Assembly (NCBI GenBank): GCA_000934665.2
Contig: JYFJ02001842.1
Span: forward strand, 1-64,000
Reading direction: 5' to 3'
Length of the DNA stretch: 64,000 nt
Origin: Catajapyx aquilonaris
Taxonomy: Eukaryota
Below are positions 1-12,600 of this stretch, in pieces (the stretch's first letter is position 1; each line of letters opens with the position of its first letter). Made by a program: the position numbers and the translations under genes. Under the pieces are notes generated by a model that saw only the letters and a program-made list of their open reading frames with translations, did not search any database and was not told where the DNA came from.

Positions 1-452
1 AAGCCCTATCCCAGTTTGAATTTATCCTCGCCGTGACGTCACGCCAAAAGCCACGGTCACGTGACAAGAGCAAATCTGTCGGGACGGCTCCCCCCTGGCC
101 CCAACCAGCCCCAAACTGCTCAGGACAGGAAACGAGGCGAATCCCATAACCAAATGTACACGAGTTAGGCTCATTGGAAGTGGGAGGCGCCATTTTTGGT
201 CCGGAAGACACGACATGTTGAGTCCACCGCCCTGGTTGGTTGTTGTCGTGCCCGTAGTGTGGAGCCACCTGCTTCGTTGCTAATGTAACTGTAGTTTGTG
301 GTTCGTGTCACCGCCACGGTGTGGCGGTGGCTGTCACAAATTCGGGTCGTGTTGAAAATTGCCGTAATTTCTACCGTATTTATTGCAGGTTCAATGTATA
401 GAACAGTCGTGTGCTACTATCGTAGTTATACGTACGGAAAGTCTATGAACAT

Positions 453-2375
453 CTAGCCACATTCATCGCGTACAAAAATTTCAGCACAGAGTACAATAAA
501 CGAAATGATGCATCCTACAAATAATCCGTAAAAATACACTTGAAGATGGTCCATAGTCAGGGGTGCCTCTGGATGCTGCACGCATTTTTCACTGGCGCAC
601 ATTTTCCTGGCGTGCAGAAGTCCTTCCCACCAGTTGTTCCAGACGTCATCTTTCCTCCACTTCTCCAACAGTCCTGACCACATCGTCCTCTTCAGAACCA
701 TGTTCATCGAGTCCTCGTACATTGCGTTTGGAGGCAAACCTATTCCTGCAGTCATGGAATAATTCAGGTCAACCACAAATTTCAACCTGCTGCTACCATC
801 AGGATGCATTAGATTTGCCTTGCTGTTGATGTTCCAAAACATATCTGTCGCTATGCAGGCAAAGTGGCCGTCTCTGAAAATATACCCAAATTACTATAAC
901 CACATGTTTGCTAATCGTAGTTCATTACATTGCCTTCTCGAAGCATTCGTTGTAAGTTTCGATTTCTTGCATGCCGTCACTGATCACGTCTGACCCGTCG
1001 AAACTTCCCTTGATCAATTCTGCCAAGAAGTCTCGGAACAAATACAGGGTGCCCCATTGGTATCTGGAGGATTGTTGCGCCAGTTCTTCGAATGATTCCG
1101 GAATTTGTGTAGGATACGGCTTCATCATCAGGGACACAAACACCCCTCGATATCCGCAACTCACCTGCAAAATGCCAGCAACAGAGAAATGCTACGTGAA
1201 ATGTAAAACCTATGCCTTACCACAATTGCAAATATCCACCACGCCGTTAGCACCAACCGTACTTCGTTCCTGAGGGAGTAGGGACCATCGTGTTGTTCCA
1301 AAAGACATCTACAAGTCGCAAGTACTCCCTTGCAGATCGAGTATGACCGCACAGTGTCCGGAAAAGGTGACTTCCTGATGAGACAAACCAGGACAGCTCC
1401 GGAGCCTATGGTGAAACTAAAAATAAGAGCCCAGAGCCTCCAGGAAAATGGCATGACAACGACAATCCAACGGAACTCGGTGGATGGGGCTGCCACTGCG
1501 AATCCAACGTGGAGGTAGGCGTGGGGGAAAGAAATTGTGACCTTTTCAACTCTTTCCTTGTCGACACCGAAGCTGGGGACAAAGTCCACGGAGGCTTCTT
1601 CCAGAGCCACCAACTGTGCTTCGGAAGAAGGAGGATGGTACACATGTCCTGTAAAGTTGAGGACTAATGAGAGTGTCACAGCCAGACGAAGAATTGATTG
1701 CAGGTACTCTCCTTTGATATCTCGTACACGGAGGTCATCCAGTGACGCATTGTCGTATCCATAGGCGGACAAGGGGCGACCGTGAAAATTTAACGTGAAA
1801 TCTGGAAAATGGCCCACCTTCCTCTCTTGCTGGAAGTCGCTCAGATGAACTAAGCCTGGTCCTCCGTTGTGGCAGTAAAAACACTCGGAATGAACACTGA
1901 TTTTGGTAGAGGACTTACTCGGTGACAGGGTTGCTTTGAACTTGAGTCCTTTAGTTGAAGCTGCATCCAGGTAAGGTACAGACGACTTCCTGGAGGTGTC
2001 GGTGAATACGAAATAGTCAAAATGTGGCCTGGAACCAGTCCAGTTGGTAATTGCAAGAAATGAATCCACCAGTTGGTCAATCCTGCCAGAAGATCCTATC
2101 AGAACATTTAACACAGGATGAAACACTAATGGAAACGGTGCGGGAGTGTGTACCGCTGTATTGTTCAGGTGAAATAACCACACTGGCAATGGATATGGTA
2201 CACGAATCACTCTTGGGGTCTGCTCAAAAGCCAACAAGAGAGAGAAGTTGTTTTGTTCCTGGAAGTTCCTCAAGTACCTGTGCACATTTTTCTCCCACAG
2301 GCTGTCTTTTTGCTGAAAAAGCAACTCTGGTAGTGTATAGATTGGGATAAAAAGCACTACGAACCGCAACAGCAT
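453..2375 (-). CDS. Divergent ionotropic receptor (IR, variant iGluR family chemoreceptor), 3 exons, ~603 aa
   Basis: Exons 2375-1221, 1164-929 and 873-453 join in frame across GT-AG introns of 56 and 55 nt. Hydrophobic N-terminus. IR-type segments: M1 'VVMPFSWRLWALI', pore 'CRCLLEQ', M3 'RLVLTAWWIFAIVVSCGYRGVFVSLMMKP..P.SFEELA', and C-terminal 'GLLEKW...PLTMDHLQVYFYGLFVGCIISFIVLCAEIF'. Confidence 0.85.
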
Positions 2376-3572
2376 TTTCACTCTCTCTACAAAAATGTGG
2401 TCGGAAGCACCTGCTTTTATGGAGTCTGTTCCTATATATTGATGATCCTCGGGTAACCTTTAACTGGCACATATATATGACTTGCCGGGTGCACGTCATT
2501 TTGTCATAACTCAAAGCCACAAATATGTCGCAGTTATTCAGGCCTCGTGGGTGCAAATCGTGCAATTCCTGACATGTACAAGGTATCGAAGTGGAAGCAC
2601 AACTCCTTATTCGAGCTGCTGTAAAAAAGTTCATGACTACTTTATGACCGTTATTAGTCAGTCTCATGAATTTTTTGACAGGGTGTTTTCATTACTTTTT
2701 GATAGTGAAAGATGACTCGGTATCATAAATCACGTTGCGTAATCTTCATACACGGAAACAGTTTCTGACTTGCTGGTGGTGTAATCATAATAAATGCAAT
2801 ATTTTCAATCAGCATGCATATGTGAAAAACAATGCCATTTAAAGAAATCTGTATCCATTTTAATATGCTATCTTATTGAGTTTTCTAGCCTACACGCTGG
2901 CGATATTGGTGTCATTATTTGAAACTGCCAGGTGCCCAGTGTTTGGATCACGGTCTTAGATGTTCGTCAAGTGGCGCATTATGGCGATATCTGACAACAC
3001 TACTGCGGCACGGGATCCCTTTGTGCTGATCTCGGGTCATGTGGATGTGGTTGCAGGAGGAAAAAGGTTTATCAGGCACAAGCTGTCGAGCAGATAACTT
3101 CCTTTGTGAAAAGGTAAGATACAAAAATACATTTCCACAAAATAATTCTTGCAAAGATGCAACGATGAATATACGGTACGTCAAACACTGACTCTCAATG
3201 TACTTGTAGTCATTTCACAATTATTGCAATTTGAATATTACAACTAGGCTCCTTTTGAGCTATCTCGTTGTTTTGAGGAAGCAAATTGTTTTCGTTTGCA
3301 GAGTTGCACAACTTTGTTTTGCATCTTGAAGCTCTCGTCTTGAAGCTTGTCACTTGTGTGATGGAATTGCTTACGCTTCATGCTTAATGACCCTGACCAG
3401 CCCTCATGCTGAGTATTATAACACCTCCAGCCGGGTGTTGCTAATTCGTGCCTTTGATACAGGATAAATCCATGGTAAGTAAGGCAGAAGAATGTGAAAC
3501 TGGTGCGACATCGGAACAAAGTGCAACGAGCGATATTTAATGGCCATGAGCCATACCTTATATTATGACTAA

Positions 3573-3698
3573 GGGCCGGTTTCACCGAGCTTGGTATATG
3601 ATAAAACCAGGTTTCTTTAGGAAAATCCATACAAATAGATAGGGATTTTGCGAAAGAACCCTGGTTTTATCATATACTGAGCTCGGTGAAACCGGCCC
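3573..3698. mobile_element. Short hairpin MITE, PIF/Harbinger-like termini
   Basis: Arms of about 45 bp: GGGCCGGTTTCACCGAGCT..TATATGATAAAACCAGG / CCTGGTTTTATCATATA..AGCTCGGTGAAACCGGCCC. Flanked by TAA and TTA; could also be read as a TA TSD. Confidence 0.7.
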
Positions 3699-5123
3699 TT
3701 AGTTAAATGCGCAGTTTTCCCTAATGTTGACATTCCACTCATTTCGAAGTGAATGCGTTAATATCAGGTTAATATAGATATCAGCAGCCGTTTATCAATA
3801 TGATGCCGTTGAAAGATCCAAATTTTTGAAGACACATTCTTCTGACGCTGTGGAGCAGATGACCTACATTCCGTGTCTCTATATTATAACATTTTATGTA
3901 TACTACTGTTATTGACTATATTTCACATCCTGGCGGTTTGAGGCTGTTTACCTGCTTCATAACCTTGGGCAAAGAAGGGCGCATGCTCCTACATTCCCGG
4001 AGGGGGATTTCCCGCTCATGCTTTTTGTGAGGGGCAGGGGCTCCACCAAATGTTTGCGTCTTCGTGCTTGCAGTTTCTGTGCCTGTTCGTACAAGTTCAG
4101 AGTGTAGCAGGTTGTTACTGCACTTGTAGTCTACGTTTAGTGTGGTTTTGGGCATGGTTTAGTGGTTCCTGCACAGATTAGAGGAGTCCTTCAGACGACG
4201 ATAGCGTACAAATTCTACAGCACCATCAACTGGTCACATAGATGGTGTAGGAGTCGGAAAGGGCAGTAATTTCTGATAGCTTTGCGAGTGTAAGTAGGCT
4301 AATAAACATGTGTGCATGCCAATAATTATTTTGTACGATAGACTACTCATAATAGTCATTAGTCATTCGCGATTGTTCGAGTAGCCTGGCCGAGCCTGCC
4401 TCATCATGTTTTAACCTGAATCAGCCTTTGTAGTGATTGTGACTGCGCAACTACAGGTGGAAAATACTGTCGTTATTCCACATTTACTGTCTTTTGGTAT
4501 CCTGGCAGAAGTTCCGAAACTTTCCTCTCGTCTAGAACGTATCAGATTTATTGCCTGACTGTCTTTTAGTTCATAATTTTGCTCGGGAATTTTGGGATAT
4601 TGGTATTCGCATAATAACGTGTGCATGATCGATGTGAGCCTAATATCTGCCTGCCCATATTTAAAGATTTGCATAAGACCTAATAAATGTTACAATGAAA
4701 ATATGACCAGACACAAAAAGGGGTTCCGGTCTATATGTTTAGGTTTATGTTTAGGTCAGAGTAACAATTTTATTATGTGTGTACTGATAATAATAGCACG
4801 TGTTTTCGCTTCGGTTGTTGACATTGGAACTGAACATCATCAGATCTCCTGCATTAAATTTATATCTCAACATTTGGCTGAATGGAGTACAGTAGCTTCA
4901 TTCTCAGACTGCTACGTGCCAGTGATGTGGCTCATGGGCATATGGGTTATTTTCTACATTCTGTACAAGGAAGATCTGTCAAATGCATAGCATCTCAGCG
5001 CATTGCGTTCAGAAGTTGAAAGTGTGCAATAATGTTCACAGCATACACAATGACTGTATCCCAGTTATAAAGGAGTAGCTCAAATGGAAGTTGTTCCATT
5101 TCAGATCTGATGGAATAGTCATC

Positions 5124-6051
5124 ATGTCAGTCATCAGATTAATGGACCAGCTGGCACCAGCTTCATGGAATGTTTATCCTCATCCTGAAGTTGACTCTTT
5201 GCCCTTGCCTGACACTTCGCCAAAGGTGAATGAAGTGAAGAGGTTGTTACAACTCGACTTTTCAACTCTGAACATTGCTTCTGTACGAGAGCTCAAGAAT
5301 CCATTCCTTTGGAGCAACTACGCCCTGAACAAGCAACAGCTTTCAGTTGGAAATCCGGATAAAACGGTCGTGGAAGAAACTTTTTTCATCGCCATTCCTA
5401 GGTCCAAGGTATTTCAAATCCGTCTGTAATTCTTATATTATTGTATTCTTAAAAAATTAAATAGGGGCAAGTAAAGGAAAAATTGCAAGGATTTAGTTTG
5501 GGGAAAAATGGTATCAATCAATATATTATTACTCCCCTGAAGCACGCTCAAATTTTAAGAAAATGTTCCCTACGCAATATGTAGGATTATGTTAGAAAAT
5601 TGTCACACCAAATTGAAATATTATCACTAATGTCACACCAAATAAAATAAATTGTGAACGGCATCAGAGTAATGAATATGTTTCACTACATGCCTCTTTA
5701 TCCCTCCACACTCCACAGGTGACTCGCGTCACTAAATGCAATCTGGACAGCCGTTACCTTGATCAACACCTGAGGTACCTTTGGGATACAGATTTTCCAC
5801 AAGCTGGCAAGGGAGAGATAGTGTTATATCGAAAGGTGCAAGATGTCCTTCGTAACTTCGTGTGCCGTGAGGAAATGCTCGTGATAGTCGATGCCCTGGT
5901 AATCAAAGAGGATCCCATGGATACACTTGCTTCTCTTTTCAATAAAGTGTTCAGTATGCTAGATCACACGTATGAAGCAACTAAAGACAACCCTCGTGCA
6001 GTGTTCAGCAGTGCTTTTGTGTACCCAAAATATTTTGTGTCTCTGTATTGA
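5124..6051 (+). CDS. Stand-alone PARP/ADP-ribosyltransferase catalytic-domain-like protein, 2 exons, ~205 aa, probably catalytically degenerate
   Basis: Exons 5124-5408 (AAG|GTATTT) and 5719-6051 (CCACAG|), phase 0. Motif order matches mono-ART PARPs: 'VRELKNPFLWSNYALNKQQL' (I.RIQN..LW..Y...K), 'EETFF' (E..LFH), 'CNLDSR' (NFDWR), 'MLVIVDALV' (M.VARVLV), 'YEATKDN' (YDS.VDN), 'VYPKYFV' (YPEY.I). Confidence 0.65.
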
Positions 6052-6905
6052 AAGGAAAATGGCCTGGAAAGACTGACAATGTTGGATGACTGACATTTTT
6101 ATGTACGTAACTGGAAATAGTACAACTTTTATACGTCAGATGCAAGTTATTTGGAAGTTAAAAACTACACTGTATTACAAGATGGGATTCTGAAAGTGAG
6201 CATCCACAATATTTTTTGTGCCATATTGTAAGGATTGTAGAAGCCGTAGAAGCTTTTGTATTTTTATTTACTTTTATAATTATGTAGCAGTTAATGCAAA
6301 ATCACCAGAAGAGTGGGCTATCACAGAAGAACCCCACGGTGATGCAGGGTATGTGAGTGAGGAGAGGATTTCCAATAATTGTGTACGTTGTTTTCAATGA
6401 CCAGCAATAAATTCTGAAAATAAACACAACCTTTTGATACTCTATATCCACATTTTCAGTCCAACCTGATATTCTTAATGGGCAACGAGCCTTTTCAAGT
6501 GTAGGAATAAAATCTTCAGGTGCACCTGCTGATATATAAACTCTATTATTCTCTGCCACAATATTTAGTAGCATGTGAGGAACTGCGTGGGAAATGTACG
6601 GTACTGTACCCCCGGGGTTACATTACACAGTCAAAAAAGTTGAATAGTTTCAGTCATCCACAATTGTTGATTTATTGAAGTTATTGCATATAATTTTACT
6701 TCTCCTCCAACATCGCCAATATTTCTTTTCATTCTCTGTTGTGTAAGCGTCGTAGCAGGGTCTTTTTTATACAGGACACATGTTAGATGAGAATTGTCGG
6801 AGCTCTAGAAAAGGAAAGATCCGGTGTGAGTAAAACCTATACATCAGATCACTTTGTATTTCCCTTACCTGAGGCTTATTTTTTATTGGACTAATGTTGC
6901 AGTCC

Positions 6906-7329
6906 CTATTGATTGCCCTTCAAAGGACGTAGCATCTCATCGTAAATTTCTAATCTGTCGCCCAAAATGCTGTATATCTTGTCATACCGCCTTTTTCGTA
7001 TGAACATTAAGTCTTTCTCCTGCAGTTCCAGATCACACAAGCTGGAAGGACAAAGAAAGTAGATACATAAACACAGAAAGATGTGTCCAATATTGCCGTC
7101 ATCCCTACTTTTCATCAGGTTGTCGTGTGTGTTCTATGATTTCACGGATGAGTGGCGACCTGGCATGTTGCTTGCCTCCCCACTCTTTGCTCGTCGAGGT
7201 ATTCGGCACGTTGGGATCTATCAAAACTGCAGCTTTCCAAATCCTACGATGATTTGGGTTACTCCTGTGCACTAGGCGATGGTAATACTGATTGTAGTAG
7301 TTGCTACGGAATAGCCGGTTCAGTTCCAT
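6906..7329 (-). CDS. Small orphan protein, 2 exons, ~118 aa (MELNRLFRS...PLKGNQ)
   Basis: Exons 7329-7109 and 7041-6906 join in frame (phase 2) across a 67-nt intron with a strong pyrimidine tract. AATAAA on minus at 6882-6887. No recognised domain. Confidence 0.4.
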
Positions 7330-7648
7330 TTCGATCAACTCCTCATTTTGACGTTTCAAAGTAATCCAAACACATTTAATAACATACCTGTCATTGTGAA
7401 AGAGACAAAGTGTCTTGTACATGAAGTACTTTTTACAGAAAGTAGGACTTTACAATGCACAACAGAAAGTCGCATGAATAATATTATATACCGGTAATCC
7501 TCACTTCACTGCCCAACAGAAAAGGCTGGCTTGACTTGAGCCAACTATAACTATACGTATACTCAACATGATGATCGAAGAACATCAAAAATCATCCCAG
7601 ATAATGCAATATTATTTTATTCACCCGAAACCTCCCAACAAGGCAAGA

Positions 7649-7931
7649 TTAAATAAACAGTCTGAACCTCTCCTGTTGGGTCTTGGAGTAGATGCTATAG
7701 CCAAAATATGCAAGTATGCTGTGAAGGTACTTATATATCTTACATGTAAAGCAGTTCATAGCGGGTGCAGTCGCTCTTATATTTTTGTTTCATTATGTCG
7801 TACATAGACATTTCTTCTTTCCTCTCATCTGTTTTGAGAATGAGTTTGCTGTAGTCCACACACATTTGCCTCCTAGCTTTATTTAACAGACTTCGGTGAT
7901 AATCGAGTTCTCTTTGATTAAAGATGCTCAT
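7649..7931 (-). CDS. Small orphan protein, 2 exons, ~77 aa (MSIFNQRELD...RFRLFI)
   Basis: Exons 7931-7744 and 7694-7649 join in frame across a 49-nt GT-AG intron (AT|GTAAGA). AATAAA on minus at 7616-7621. Confidence 0.3.
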
Positions 7932-8316
7932 AGTTTCTTCTGAATTTATTTTGATTCCCAAGATGTCTGTGATGGCGAAGTAAATTTGGAAGTACCTGAA
8001 AAACAATTTGAACATAAGTACGAGTAGTATATCTGAAGGAGCTGCAGAGTGATCAGTCACAATTATTGAATGTTCCAGAAATGATAGTTTTGAGTACCGT
8101 ACGTATTATAATTATCCCTTGTGGGGTCCATGTGTATTCAAACATTCTAATATTGAATGTAACCTATTATCAACTACTGACTCGACCATCAGGAAGCAAT
8201 CGTCGAAAATTAGGGAAGGTACGTTACGTAATTCAATGACTGACTCAATAATTTAGACCCCAGTGTGACTGATCGTACTGAAAATCCAAAGTGGAAGAAG
8301 TAAAGTTAGTTCATTG

Positions 8317-9369
8317 TCAAGTGCAATTTTGCTCATACAGTATGGCATGAACCAGCAAGTCCGTGGTTGTCGGGTAATCCATGACGTTATAGAAATAGTC
8401 CGGAACAAAGCCATCTAAAATCAGGTACTTGAGTGCCACAATTTCTACATGACGCAGAGTGACGATAATGCGGCCATGACGTTTCTTTGTTTCCTTATTT
8501 AGAGTTTCCAACATCCGACCTAGAATGAAATAAACATAATATTACTGACTGGACTTACAGTGAGTTAAAACTGTTAAACTTCCCAGGGTTATGGAAATGA
8601 ATATAAAATTACTCGTACCTGACAGATCTACGAAGAAGACCTTAAATGCAGATCAATCAGAGTCACGTTTTGGTCAAAATTGACTTAGTCATAGTTTAAT
8701 ACGTATGTAGGTTTACAAGTATAATGCTCAAGGGGTGATGTCTGATGGTCAAATCATTGCAGGCCCAAAGCAAAAAATTTTGAAAGTCATCCGGCGAGGG
8801 ATAGATCTACTGCAATCATCAAACGGCAGCCCTTCATTTCGAAATCTGAATCTGAAGTGTTGACAGATTTGTATTTCAGGTCTTCACGTGAATTTGTGTG
8901 GCTGTGAATATTAATATGATAAAATGTACCCTACCTGTTCTTTTCTGCCCCTGCAATATTCGTCTTCGTCGCTCTTCGTCCTTGTTTCGTTTAATGTGAC
9001 CCGTAGCAGCTTGCTGTCTTTTACCACGTAACTCAGTTAGGCTATAGGGAGAGAGATAATTAATACGAGTTAGGTCACCTTGTCCGGAACTTTCTGGTAA
9101 TGAACGACTCATTAATCTGGCCCTCAGCAGCAGCTTCGTTGGCGTTTTAAAGGGCGATCGCACACAGAGTCTATAAACTGTATAGACTACTCTACAAGGA
9201 TGGTAAATTACGTGGCGCTGACGACAGTGTTGGTGATATCATCCCATCTCCATCTTAAGCCCTCTTTGAAGGTGGCATGAGCCTTCAACTCGGCGGCGGA
9301 CTTGCCTTCGTTGGGTTTGGTCAACCTTCGTACCAAGTCGGGCTCAACAGCAGAAGAGCGATGGGCCAT
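8317..9369 (-). CDS. Putative multi-exon orphan gene (MAHRSSAVEP...LYEQNCT)
   Basis: ORFs 9369-9212, about 9170-8936 and about 8519-8317 can be joined in frame at GT-AG sites (CAG|GTAGGG; TTCATTCTAG|). The first intron would be only 41 nt, so the model is uncertain. Confidence 0.3.
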
Positions 9370-9676
9370 TGCTGCAACACGCTTACACACACATCTTGTT
9401 AACAAAGTCTACTCTGTTGCTGTGGTAATCATAGTGGCAATATGCACACATAATATTATTATGCATCCTCTTTGTTGTTTTCCAGCTGTACATTACAACT
9501 ACTGTACTATCGTACACATGATTTCCACGAGAGGAGTCCTGAAAAAATGCTGAGAACTTTACGTTTAAAAAATCAGAATTTGCATGCAGCATTGCAAAAT
9601 ACCGGTAACTGACCGGTAACTTTATTTGACTGGCCAACAGACAGAATTTGAGGCATCAGAGTTTGCATAGAACTAA

Positions 9677-12600
9677 TCACTCGCTTGTAGAGAGGTAGTG
9701 AGCCACGATGACGCTGAGTATGATGACCCCTATCAAAGTCTGCACTTCTTTGTCACACACGAGATATGGGTCCTGGGCGTGACAGTCACAAAACAGATTT
9801 GGCATGGAAGGTGTCAGTCTTGCGAGCCCGCTACTAATCATCCCCGATGATTTTCTCTCACGTCCGTGGCTTCCTTCTTCGATTTCAGGCGCTTGAGTCC
9901 ACATTGTCTGGCTCTGTGGGAGGAACATTTCCCCATTTGTACTGTGTGGAGTGCTTAGTAATTACTTCTGAGTGCTTACCCGGGTAGTGCGCATTTTGGT
10001 TGAAGATCTATCAGTAGGTGAGAACATTGATGCGTCGGGTCGTGACGTTGCCGCTAGTAGTCCGTAAGAAGGGGAAGCCGCTGTCATAGGTGCCGGTGAT
10101 ACCGTTGATGATGGAGGAGCACTAAAAGGGTCTTCGGAGTGCTAGTAAAACAATAAAAAGTAAACTTTACAACTTTTTGGTTCATCCTAACTGCTGAGTG
10201 CAACCCGCTATACTTCTGGGCTAACTCACGGAAGGAAGCATAACTTCCAGGATTAAAGCTTTTCATACATATTCAAAATCCCTACGAATGCACTCTTGAT
10301 TTGCTAAAATGCAAACTACCCCAGATTGCACACCACATTTTAAACATAATGTCGCAGTATAAATACTGCATGTATACTGCAGTAGCACCTACCGATACAT
10401 TACAAGCAGTGTAAATATTATAGGATTGCACAAATATTGCAGTACCTTCCGAGAGCTCTCGCCACCGTTTTCTGTGTGTCCTGACAACTCAGCACCCTTC
10501 AGTTCTTTGGCATATGCTAACAAGCTTTTTCTCATTGAATCCCTCTGCCGAAGGAATACGTGCATTAATTATGCAACCCTGTTGCGCTATTTCTATTACT
10601 TAATGTTACGATACATTACCCTAGTGCGTTTTTCCATTGATGGAGTCTGATCGAGGTCGACAATTGATGTCATGACAACTACTGATGATGGCCGACGGCG
10701 TGGCTAGATATTGCAAAAAACAATTAATTATCACAAAAGTTCAAATTATGTTTAGACATCCAGACTTGCCTGATGACCAGACGGAACAGGTGATGAGATG
10801 GACATGTTGTTTCTTGACGGCTGTAACGGGACATTTGGATTTTAATAGTTCAATGAAACGTATAAAGTAATGATGTGTTCAAGTACGTACAACTGGCTTC
10901 AATTCCATTATTGAAGGGGATTTGGCTCGAGACAGTTTCTTACTAGGTGTACCTGACACTGACACTGAAGTGGAACGCTGTCCACAGGACGAACTCACCG
11001 ATTTCTGCAGTAAATAAAATGAGGCTTATGCAGCAATGCAGGTGTGCTACAGGTACTCGAAAAGGCAGACAAGATAAGGAAACTTACTGTTAATCCGGAA
11101 TCACTTAATTTCTTTTCTGCATACGATGGTTCCACAGTTGACTGAGACTTATCCTGCAAATAAATGTGCATATGCGTATTAACACCTAATATAACACCTG
11201 TATAAATTGAACCTGATACAGAAACAGCATCTGCAGATTACAGGCAAAAACTCGAGAATAAAACATAGCCACCGACGCTGGATTCCCCAAACTATTTTCG
11301 TCAGGTATTTGACAGCAATTTACTATCAGTGCTGAAATATCCTGCACTAATGAAATGTCAAAGTCATATCGAAGGTTGGGTATTTTTAAACTTGTAAAAT
11401 AGATAATGGCAATCTGTCAGGGCAAAATTACCGGAAGTGTCCCCACAGATGAGCAGGAGCAAGATGATTCGCTACCGATTCGCGAACCGATTGAACGATG
11501 ACCAGATAAATCATTTTCCAAGGGAACTTCGGCTGCCTGAGGCACTTCATCCATCCCATCCCTGGACCTCGATTTACTGGCTCTAGTCAAGTTGCCTTCC
11601 GAAAATAGGGGCCCCGCAGGCATCTCTCCTGATGGTGCAGTGACATCATTAGTGTCTTCGTTCTGCCACTGGACTGATGTAGTTTCTTCTGTAGTGTCTT
11701 CTGGGACCCGTTGGTTTGCAGAAAATGGCATGCTTCCTGATGATGGCAGGTTTGAAGCCATTGGCGTGTTTTCTGGCATTTTTTCTTCAGATACACCTTC
11801 TTTTGCAACCTTTTCTTCTGGCATGCTTCCTGATGATGGCAGGTTTGAAGCCATTGGCGTGTTTTTTGGCATTTTTTCTTCAGATACACCTTCTTTTGCT
11901 ACCTTTTCTTCTGGCATGCTTCCTGATGATGGCAGGTTTGAAGCCACTGATGGCGTGTCCTCTGGCATCTTTTCTTCAGGTACAGCTTCTTTTGCTACCT
12001 TTTCTTCTGGCACCACTTCTCCTGGTGGCAATTTCGCTTCCGAAGGTGGTTCTTTTTCCTGTGACACATTTTCGACCGGTCCTTCAGAAGATAGCTTCTC
12101 TTCGAGTAAGGATGACTCTTTTGGTTTAGACTGCAGCCCTCCTGTAACTGACGCAAATATAGATGAAGCCTGTGACAACTTTTCTACCACCTGCTGCATC
12201 CAAGACTTTTGTGGAGGCACTTCTTCTGCAGGAGGCAGCACTTCTTCCGAGGGTTTCTGCTCTTTTTCGATGGATTCTTCAAATGCAGCCTCATCTCCTT
12301 CTGTTTCTACGAGACCCTCCTTCTGCTCCCATCTGAGATACTCGCTGTAATCCCTGTTTAGCTTTCTGGAACAGGTACAAGTTGTCTTGGGCTGAGATTC
12401 TTTGTCTGTAAAACTTTGCCGCTTGTTTTGGGTGGGGCTTCTAGCCGGAATTGCTAGGGGAGTAGAAATTACATTTTCGTAAACACTTTTTTTGGCCAAT
12501 ATCTCTTCCATTGGCATCAGTTTTGCAGTCCTTGATCCGAAATGTTGCATGCTATGATATGTGCTCGCCACGAATTCTGCTGATCTTTCATTTGATATGG

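Noticed and set aside
1..200. Minus-strand ORF from AAAATGGCG (~191) running off the window, with a CRE palindrome at 33-42
   Set aside because: Possibly the start of a neighbouring gene, but it is truncated and unrecognisable.
3244..4674. Minus-strand ORFs with some splice-like ends
   Set aside because: Could not be joined into a consistent reading frame, and no recognisable domain.
11587..12350. Long overlapping ORFs (11592-12350 +, 11716-12129 +, 11587-11889 -)
   Set aside because: Shadow frames of the repetitive coding exon 12778-11432; their periodicity simply mirrors the 93-bp repeat.
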